This document shows positions 10,013 through 16,363 of a stretch of 64,000 nucleotides of DNA, piece after piece. The position numbers and the translations under genes are program-made. Position 1 is the first letter of the stretch. Each line of letters begins with the position of its first letter. The notes beneath the pieces are model-generated. The model made no database searches and was not told where the DNA came from. It worked only from the letters and a program-made list of their open reading frames with translations. Source of the DNA: an uncultured Clostridia bacterium (GTDB taxonomy: Bacteria; Bacillota; Clostridia; TANB77; CAG-508). The DNA is taken from assembly GCA_934180065.1 (NCBI GenBank), contig CAKPRA010000007.1:1963-65962 (forward strand). Reading direction: 5' to 3'.

Positions 10013-10171
10013 TAATAGAATATTATATAAAAAAATTCAAGTCTTGCTGGTCACCCTTACGTGGTTGTGTGAGAATGGTTGTACCCTCGTTTGGATTTTG
10101 TGGAGTTAGTATGTTTTCTAAAAGTTCCCAAACTGCGCGACTTTCATTTTTTTATATAATATCTATTACAC
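10010..10171 (+). repeat. Module C copy 1: conserved ~110-nt core closed by a ~25-bp AT-rich inverted repeat; candidate structured RNA or palindrome-targeting insertion
   Basis: Arms are GTGTAATAGAATATTATATAAAAAAA / TTTTTTTATATAATATCTATTACAC. The core at 10036-10146 aligns to 18187-18298 (blocks TTGCTGGTCRCCCTTAC, GTTGTGTGAG, GATTTTG, CTAAAAGYTCCCAARCTGCGCG). Confidence 0.7.
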
Positions 10172-10225
10172 TAGTGCTCTATAGGTTTTTGGGTTGTATA
10201 TTTTTTGCTCTTAGGATATAATTAA

Positions 10226-10416
10226 TTTGGGAGAATTGATTTTGTATTTTAGAGTTTAGTTTGGGAGAATTGGTTTTTTATTTTAGAGTTTAGTTTGGGA
10301 GAATTGGTTTTTTATTTTAGAGTTTAGTTTGGGAGAATTGATTTTGTATTTTAGAGTTTAGTTTGGGAGAATTGGTTTTTTATTTTTAAATTTAGTTTGG
10401 AGGGAATGGTTTTTGT
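10226..10416 (+). repeat. 34-bp tandem repeat, 5 full units + 1 degenerate unit that supplies the RBS of the endoglucanase gene
   Basis: Units start at 10226, 10260, 10294, 10328, 10362 and 10396. Consensus is TTTGGGAGAATTG[A/G]TTTT[G/T]TATTTTAGAGTTTAG, with variants in order A-B-B-A-B. The last unit is TTTGGAGGGAATGGTTTTTGT followed by ATG at 10417. Confidence 0.95.
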
Positions 10417-11628
10417 ATGTCGAAATTTGTTAGATTTTTTATTGGATTTTTGCTTATTTTAGCATTTTTTTTTATGTTCTTGTTGTTTAGAAATGGTGGA
10501 AAGATAGATGGAATATTTGAGAATAATGTTTCTACTGGATTTGAGGAGGAAGAAGTTGTTGATAAGAATTCTATTAAATATACTGGTTGGCTTAAGACAG
10601 AGGGGGCTGTTTTAGAAAATGAGAAAGGTGAACCTATTCAGTTGAGAGGTTTAAGTAGTCATGGAATTCAATGGTTTCCGGAAGTTCTTACATATGATAA
10701 TTTAAAACAGTTGAAGGATGAATGGAAGATTAATGTTTTTAGATATGCTATGTATACGGATAGTAGTGCTAATGGATATATTGCTCATCCTGATGAATCT
10801 AAACAGGAGCTTTATAAGTTAGTGGATTTGGCAAAAGATCTTGATATGTATGTTGTTATAGATTGGCATATTTTGTCTGATTATAATCCTCAGCAATATC
10901 AAGTTCAGGCTCATGATTTTTTTGATGAAGTTTCTGAGAGATATAAAGATACGCCGAATGTTATTTATGAAATTTGTAATGAGCCAAATGGAAATGCTAA
11001 TTGGAATAATAATATTAAACCATATGCAGATGATATTATAGGTGTTATTAGAAAAAATTGTCCTAAATCTTTGATTATTGTTGGAACTCCTATGTGGTGT
11101 ACTTATATAAATGAGGTTGTGGAAAGTCCATTAAATTATAAAAATATAGTTTATTCATGTCATTTTTATGCTGGTACGCATGGTGTTAATTTAAGAAAGG
11201 ATATTGAAAGTTGTATTCAAAATAATATTCCTATTTTTATTTCTGAGTGTGGAATAACTGATGCTACTGGTAATGGAGAGATATATAAGGATAGTTTTAG
11301 AGAATGGATTGAATTTTTGAATGAAAAAAATATTAGTTGGATTTTCTGGTCATTTTCTAATAAGGATGAGAGCTCTTCTATTTTGCAACCAAATTTTCCA
11401 ATTGAAAAAGATAATTCCGAAAGTGAGAAAAATATAGAATCTAATGATAAAACAAATGATGAAACGGTAGAAAAAGATGATAATAAGCTAACAGATGAGA
11501 AAAGAATAGATAATAGTGTGATTGAAAATGATAATATTAAAAATGAAGTTATAAAGATTGATGATTATTTAACTGAAACTGGTAAATTTTTAAAAGGAAT
11601 ATATACATATTCTGTTGCTGAGAAGTAA
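10417..11628 (+). CDS. Glycoside hydrolase family 5 endo-beta-1,4-glucanase (cellulase) with N-terminal membrane anchor; CcsZ/BcsZ-type partner of the adjacent synthase
   Basis: GH5 signatures VIYEICNEPNG (acid/base NEP) and IFISECG (nucleophile Glu). N-terminal hydrophobic segment FFIGFLLILAFFFMFLLF. Low-complexity N/D/E/K tail. Confidence 0.85.
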   Translation: MSKFVRFFIGFLLILAFFFMFLLFRNGGKIDGIFENNVSTGFEEEEVVDKNSIKYTGWLKTEGAVLENEKGEPIQLRGLSSHGIQWFPEVLTYDNLKQLKDEWKINVFRYAMYTDSSANGYIAHPDESKQELYKLVDLAKDLDMYVVIDWHILSDYNPQQYQVQAHDFFDEVSERYKDTPNVIYEICNEPNGNANWNNNIKPYADDIIGVIRKNCPKSLIIVGTPMWCTYINEVVESPLNYKNIVYSCHFYAGTHGVNLRKDIESCIQNNIPIFISECGITDATGNGEIYKDSFREWIEFLNEKNISWIFWSFSNKDESSSILQPNFPIEKDNSESEKNIESNDKTNDETVEKDDNKLTDEKRIDNSVIENDNIKNEVIKIDDYLTETGKFLKGIYTYSVAEK

Positions 11629-11651
11629 GCTTATTATTTTATGATTGAACT

Positions 11652-11682
11652 GATATGTATATATATATATCCACATATCCGG
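11652..11682. repeat. AT-rich palindrome resembling the fused arms of module C copy 2 (no core)
   Basis: GATATGT-(AT)n-CC-ACATATCCGG. Compare the C2 arms CCGGATATGTAAATATATAT... / ...ATATATATTTACATATCC. Confidence 0.55.
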
Positions 11683-11821
11683 CTCATAAAAAATATGACC
11701 GTAAATAGTAACTTTGAATATTTAGGTTGTTTTGTTATTTTTGTATTGTTTCTTTATTTTTAGTAGTATATAATTTTCGTGTGATATTTTGATATATTGA
11801 TATAAGATAGGAGTTTTTTAG

Positions 11822-13459
11822 ATGTCAAATAAAAGAGCAAAGAGGATGAAGGAGAATAATAAGGGGTTAGGAAATCCAATTAAACAAATTGTTTATGCAT
11901 TTACAATTATACTTACATTTATATATATAACATATAGAATTTGTTTTACATTACCATTACATTTGGGGGCTGTTGGACTTGTATGTTCAATTATTGTATT
12001 ATTACTAGAGATTTGGGAATCTGCCGATTTTTTTATTTATTATATTAATATTTTGAGTGTTAATAAAAGCTCTCCAAAGGTTCCAGTTATTACGGATATG
12101 AATGTTTTCCCGGAAGTTGATGTTTTGATTGCTACTATAAATGAAGGAGAAAATCTTTTACGAAATACTATAGAAGCATGCAAAAATATGAACTATCCGG
12201 ACAAATCAAAAGTTCATATTTACGTTTGTGATGATGGAAATAGAGCTAATATAAAGAATTTGGCAGAGAATTTAAATGTTAATTATATTACAAGAATTTC
12301 AAATAATGATGCGAAAGCTGGTAACTATAACCATGCACTACAAATTATAAAATCTCCATTGGTTGCAACTTTTGATGCCGATATGGCACCAACTGAGAAT
12401 TTTTTAATGAAAACTGTCCCATTTTTTGTTAAAGAAAACAACATTGGTTTTATACAATTGCCACAAAGCTTTATAAATCCGGATATTTTTCAGTTTAGAT
12501 TTGGATTAAGTAAGAAAATTCCTTTTGAACAAGACTATTTTTACCATTCAATTCAAATTGCTAAAAATGCTACAAATTCTGCTATTTATTGCGGTACAAA
12601 TACAGTTTTTAGTAGAAAAGCATTAGATGATGTTAAAGGTTTTGCTAAAAATACAATTTCTGAAGATATTGCTACAGGTATGCAAGTTGAATCAAAAGGA
12701 TATAAATGCTTAGCATTAGATGATGTTGAGGCCTACGGAATTGCGGTTAATGATGTTACAGGTTTTGTTAAACAAAGATCAAGATGGGCTAGAGGTTGTA
12801 TTCAAATTTTTAAAAAGTTTAAGATTATTAGAAATAAAGGTTTGTCTGCTAGACAGAAGTTAGAATATTTATCTTGTGTTTCATATTGGTTTTTTGGAGT
12901 TAAAAGAATGCTTTATATGTTGGCACCATTGCTTTTCAGTATATTTGGAATTATAATTATAGATTGTGATTTGAAGACATTTATTGCTATATGGCTTCCA
13001 ACTTATTTAATTAAAAGATTTGTTATAGATATTTCTGAACATAATAAGAGATCTGCAACATGGAATAAGATTTATGAAACAATTTTGACACCAGTATTAG
13101 CAAAAGAAGCTTTGAAAGAGCTATTTGGATTTGGAAGTACAAAATTTGAAGTTACACCTAAATATTCACCAGCTAAGAAAATGACTAAAACTCATAAAAG
13201 ATTACTTACAAGTCATTTTATACTATGGACATTAAGTATTATTGGTTTGATTATGAGTGTTATTAAGATATTCTCACAAGGATTTATCGTATATATTTTC
13301 TCATTTGTATGGTTAATTTCAAATATATTCTATTTAACTACTGCTATAATTTTTGATTTAAAAAATAAATCTAAAATGCCAAAAGATTTTGAACCAAATA
13401 AAGTAAAAGGATTTGGAAGATTATCATGTTTATCAATTTTTTTAGGAATTGGGAAGTAA
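11822..13459 (+). CDS. Processive family-2 glycosyltransferase, cellulose synthase catalytic subunit (BcsA/CcsA-like), without a recognisable PilZ domain
   Basis: RBS AGGAG 8 nt upstream. Motifs VCDDGN, NDAKAGNYNHAL, TFDADM, ISEDIATG, QRSRWARG (QxxRW) and FEVTPK (FxVTxK). Multiple TM helices. The C-terminus after FxVTxK is only ~100 aa of TM segments. Confidence 0.85.
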   Translation: MSNKRAKRMKENNKGLGNPIKQIVYAFTIILTFIYITYRICFTLPLHLGAVGLVCSIIVLLLEIWESADFFIYYINILSVNKSSPKVPVITDMNVFPEVDVLIATINEGENLLRNTIEACKNMNYPDKSKVHIYVCDDGNRANIKNLAENLNVNYITRISNNDAKAGNYNHALQIIKSPLVATFDADMAPTENFLMKTVPFFVKENNIGFIQLPQSFINPDIFQFRFGLSKKIPFEQDYFYHSIQIAKNATNSAIYCGTNTVFSRKALDDVKGFAKNTISEDIATGMQVESKGYKCLALDDVEAYGIAVNDVTGFVKQRSRWARGCIQIFKKFKIIRNKGLSARQKLEYLSCVSYWFFGVKRMLYMLAPLLFSIFGIIIIDCDLKTFIAIWLPTYLIKRFVIDISEHNKRSATWNKIYETILTPVLAKEALKELFGFGSTKFEVTPKYSPAKKMTKTHKRLLTSHFILWTLSIIGLIMSVIKIFSQGFIVYIFSFVWLISNIFYLTTAIIFDLKNKSKMPKDFEPNKVKGFGRLSCLSIFLGIGK

Positions 13460-13466
13460 AAAGTAA

Positions 13467-13501
13467 TAAAAAAATTGCTCTTATTAAAGAGCAATTTTTT
13501 G
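13467..13501. terminator. Bidirectional terminator between convergent genes
   Basis: AAAAAATTGCTCTT-ATTA-AAGAGCAATTTTTT, with A-run and T-run flanks. Confidence 0.8.
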
Positions 13502-13510
13502 TGCAAAATT

Positions 13511-14236
13511 TTAATTCCATCCACCATTTATTGCAATTACCTGACCTGTTGTGTAATCATCATTTATAAGCCATTGGATGCATTTTGAAATTGAATGTGG
13601 ATTACCAATTTTTTCTAAAGGAATTTCTTGTCTTATTTCTTCTAGCTCTTCTGATGATAGATGTTCATTCATTTTTGTATCTATAATTCCTGGTGCTATA
13701 CTATTTACACGAATATTTGATGGACCAAGCTCTTTGGCTAAAGATTTTGTCATAGCATCTAATCCAGCTTTTGAAACTGAATAATGTACTTCGCATGATG
13801 CTCCTATTTGACCCCAGATTGATGAAATATTAATTATTAATCCGGATTTATTATGAATCATAGATGGTAAGGTGTCTTTTATTGTGTAAAATGCAGATGT
13901 TAGATTAGTTTGTATCACTGTGTTCCAGTCTATATCTGTAATATCTGTGAAAAGTTTTATTTGTGATATTCCAGCATTATTTATTAATACATCAATTTTA
14001 TGATATTTATCTATGCAAAAGTTTATCATTTTAGTTACTTCTATATGATTTGATACATCTGCTTTATAAATATCGATTATTATATTTTTTTCTTTTAAAT
14101 CAGATTGAATTTTTTTGGCTTCCTGCTCTGATTTATTATAATTAAGAATTACATGATTTCCATCCTCTGCAAGAGTTTGTACTATATCAGCTCCAATTCC
14201 ATTAGATCCACCAGTTACTAATATGATTTTTGACAT
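13511..14236 (-). CDS. Short-chain dehydrogenase/reductase, 3-oxoacyl-ACP reductase (FabG)-like
   Basis: TGGSNGIG Rossmann motif, NNAG, catalytic S...YSVSK(A) (YxxxK). 241 aa. RBS AGGAGA upstream on the minus strand. Confidence 0.8.
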   Translation of the reverse strand: MSKIILVTGGSNGIGADIVQTLAEDGNHVILNYNKSEQEAKKIQSDLKEKNIIIDIYKADVSNHIEVTKMINFCIDKYHKIDVLINNAGISQIKLFTDITDIDWNTVIQTNLTSAFYTIKDTLPSMIHNKSGLIINISSIWGQIGASCEVHYSVSKAGLDAMTKSLAKELGPSNIRVNSIAPGIIDTKMNEHLSSEELEEIRQEIPLEKIGNPHSISKCIQWLINDDYTTGQVIAINGGWN

Positions 14237-14308
14237 AGAGATTTCTCCTTTTTAGTTTATTATAAACAAAAAATCAGACAAGTTTTATAACAAGCCTGAT
14301 TTTAAGTA

Positions 14309-14385
<77 letters not shown>

Positions 14386-14400
14386 ATTATTTATATATTG

Positions 14401-14475
14401 TGGTGACCCGTACGAGAATCGAACTCATGTCTCCGCCGTGAAAGGGCGATGTCTTAACCGCTTGACCAACGGGCC
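14401..14475 (-). tRNA. tRNA-Glu (anticodon UUC), CCA encoded
   Basis: Reverse complement GGCCCGTTGGTCAAGCGGTTAAGACATCGCCCTTTCACGGCGGAGACATGAGTTCGATTCTCGTACGGGTCACCA, anticodon loop CTTTCAC. Confidence 0.92.
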
Positions 14476-14518
14476 AAAAATAATATGAATGTTTAGGATT
14501 TTTTAAATCCTAAACATT

Positions 14519-14594
14519 TGGTGAGCCATCGCAGACTCGAACTGCGGACAACTTGATTAAAAGTCAAGTGCTCTACCACCTGAGCTAATGACCC
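14519..14594 (-). tRNA. tRNA-Lys (anticodon UUU), CCA encoded
   Basis: Reverse complement GGGTCATTAGCTCAGGTGGTAGAGCACTTGACTTTTAATCAAGTTGTCCGCAGTTCGAGTCTGCGATGGCTCACCA, anticodon loop CTTTTAA. Confidence 0.92.
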
Positions 14595-14640
14595 AAATGA
14601 TTCACATTATTTTTTTATGTGTTTGCTGAACACAAGAGTT

Positions 14641-14669
14641 ATTATAATCGCATAATCGAAAAATGTCAA
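14641..14669 (-). promoter_or_regulatory. Consensus sigma-A promoter of the tRNA operon (TTGACA-17-TATAAT on the minus strand)
   Basis: Plus-strand ATTATA at 14641-14646 and TGTCAA at 14664-14669, with an exact 17-nt spacer. Confidence 0.8.
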
Positions 14670-14673
14670 TACA

Positions 14674-14713
14674 TTTTTTAAAAAAATTAAAAAAAAATAA
14701 AAAAAAATTAAAA
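14674..14713. promoter_or_regulatory. Phased T/A-tracts (UP-element-like, intrinsically curved DNA) between divergent promoters
   Basis: T6 at 14674-14679, then A7, A9, A9 and A4 starting at 14680, 14689, 14699 and 14710 (spacings 9, 10 and 11 nt). Confidence 0.6.
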
Positions 14714-14717
14714 TATC

Positions 14718-14746
14718 TTGTAATAAACATATTGATACGTTATAAT
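14718..14746 (+). promoter_or_regulatory. Sigma-A promoter TTGTAA-17-TATAAT
   Basis: TTGTAA 14718-14723, TATAAT 14741-14746. Confidence 0.7.
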
Positions 14747-14783
14747 TTAATTATGTCAAAACAAATGAAAAGGAGAAGTGAAG

Positions 14784-15464
14784 ATGAGTGATAATAAAAA
14801 TGTTAGAGAAAATTCTAATATCAAAATAGAAAATTCAGGAAAAAGAACAATAAAAATATCACTTATGGGAATTATTGTAGTTTTCTTAGTATTATTTGTA
14901 GGAGTGGGATATGCATTGTTTACTTCAACAAAAAAAGATTCTGCAAATGCAAAAATTGGAACTATAAATGTTAAATTAGAAGAAGATTGGCCAGAACCGG
15001 GAGGTACTACTGAAGCAGGAGAAAAATATGATGAATATGGAATAAAAAAATATACTAAGAAAGTATGGGGAAAATCTATAGGTGATGTAGATGCGTATGT
15101 GCGTGTTAGATGTATTCCGATTGTAGAATATTTTGAACAAACAGGGAACGGAAATGGAAACTGGATAACAACTCCTATTGATCAAGATTCAATTACTATA
15201 AATATAACTGCTACAGATAGTAATGGAAATGAAACTTGGGTAAAAGATGGAGAATATTGGTATTATACAAAAGTTTTACATTCAAATGAAAATACTGATG
15301 AAATAAAAATTGATTGGCAAATAGATGAAATACCAACTGAATTAAAAGAAAAGTCTATAAGAGCAAATGTAAAAGTTATTTTGGAATATGCACAAACAAC
15401 ACATGAGTTATGGAAGAATATTTTTCAAATAGATAAATTACCAGAAAAGGTTGAGAAAGTATAA
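14784..15464 (+). CDS. TasA/camelysin-family-like secreted protein with SipW-type-looking signal peptide
   Basis: RBS AAAGGAGA precedes ATG 14784 (the ORF track begins at an in-frame GTG at 14778). Signal region ...LFVGVGYALFTST resembles the G(T)xAxF(S/T)D SipW-dependent motif. DAYVRVR beta-rich body. Confidence 0.55.
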   Translation: MSDNKNVRENSNIKIENSGKRTIKISLMGIIVVFLVLFVGVGYALFTSTKKDSANAKIGTINVKLEEDWPEPGGTTEAGEKYDEYGIKKYTKKVWGKSIGDVDAYVRVRCIPIVEYFEQTGNGNGNWITTPIDQDSITINITATDSNGNETWVKDGEYWYYTKVLHSNENTDEIKIDWQIDEIPTELKEKSIRANVKVILEYAQTTHELWKNIFQIDKLPEKVEKV

Positions 15465-15466
15465 TA

Positions 15467-15505
15467 TAAAAAACGTTATTTATTAATTAAATAACGTTTT
15501 TTTTG
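15467..15505 (+). terminator. Rho-independent terminator
   Basis: AAAAAACGTTATTTA / AAATAACGTTTTTTTT. Confidence 0.8.
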
Positions 15506-15548
15506 CAAAATATATTATAAAAAATTCTTATTTGTTATGCTTATTATA

Positions 15549-15577
15549 TTGTAAAATAAGTATTCTTCATATATAAT
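15549..15577 (+). promoter_or_regulatory. Sigma-A promoter TTGTAA-17-TATAAT
   Basis: TTGTAA 15549-15554, TATAAT 15572-15577. Confidence 0.7.
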
Positions 15578-15618
15578 AAAAATGTACAAAAGTAAAATTA
15601 AGATAGAAGGGAGATACT

Positions 15619-16338
15619 ATGGATAAGAAAAAGAAAATAATAGTTACAATTGTAATTGCTGTTATATTAATGTTTGTAGTTACAATTGCTGGAGTTGCAA
15701 TAAGCAATACTATAGAAAATACTGTAAAGTCAGGAACTGTAAAAGTTGATGATATAAATTTGCAAGTTATACATGAAAATGGGGTATCAGACAAAAAGAT
15801 TGTTGGCTGGCAGCCAAGTGATATTGATGAAATAACGTGGAATGTTAAGAATGTAGGAACATCAGCAGTATATACAAGAAATAAGATACAGGTATATTTT
15901 AATGGCGAGATACCAGAAAATTCTCAAGTTATATATTTATATCCAGCTAATATGACTAGATCACAAATAATTAAAGATTTTGAAAAAGGTGAAAATTCAA
16001 AATATGCAATAAAAAAACAAATTGAAGATATAAAAATAGATGAGAATACAACTAAAAAAGGATTCGAATATGAAGTACTTGGAGATATTCTAGATGGAAC
16101 TAAAATGACAGGAAAATCAAGTGAAGTTGACTATAACTCAAAAGATTTTTCCGCAACAACTGATGATTCAAGTAAAACAGAAGATGTTGTTGCATTCAAA
16201 TTATTATTTAGTCCAAAAGCATCATATTTATTTCAAGGAAAAGAGCTTTCAATCAAAGTTGTTACAGAAGCAATGCAATGTACTGATGAAGGAAAAGCTG
16301 AATGGAAAATTGTTGGCTCTCAAACAATAGGAGGATAA
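15619..16338 (+). CDS. TasA/camelysin-family-like secreted protein (239 aa)
   Basis: RBS AAGGGAGA. N-terminal K-rich segment + TM. TVKVDDINLQ...WQPSD..ITWNVKNVGTSAVYTRNKI resembles the TasA-family core and the paralog at 14784. Confidence 0.5.
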   Translation: MDKKKKIIVTIVIAVILMFVVTIAGVAISNTIENTVKSGTVKVDDINLQVIHENGVSDKKIVGWQPSDIDEITWNVKNVGTSAVYTRNKIQVYFNGEIPENSQVIYLYPANMTRSQIIKDFEKGENSKYAIKKQIEDIKIDENTTKKGFEYEVLGDILDGTKMTGKSSEVDYNSKDFSATTDDSSKTEDVVAFKLLFSPKASYLFQGKELSIKVVTEAMQCTDEGKAEWKIVGSQTIGG

Positions 16339-16363
16339 TAAAAATAATAAAAAGGAGAAAGAT

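Noticed and set aside
10010-10171. Module C copy 1 as a c-di-GMP riboswitch (attractive because it precedes a cellulose synthase locus), or as 6S RNA, T-box, tmRNA, SRP or RNase P RNA
   Set aside because: Comparison from memory with the GEMM-I/GEMM-II conserved cores, the T-box sequence and the other families showed no convincing match. The two halves of the core do not pair along their length as in 6S RNA. The second copy precedes a tRNA gene rather than a c-di-GMP-type target. This needs an Rfam scan to settle.
10226-10416. 34-bp repeats considered as a CRISPR array
   Set aside because: The repeats are directly abutting with no spacers, no cas genes are nearby, and the last unit is part of a gene's RBS.
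13578-13784. 68-aa plus-strand ORF
   Set aside because: It is antisense inside the well-supported SDR gene.
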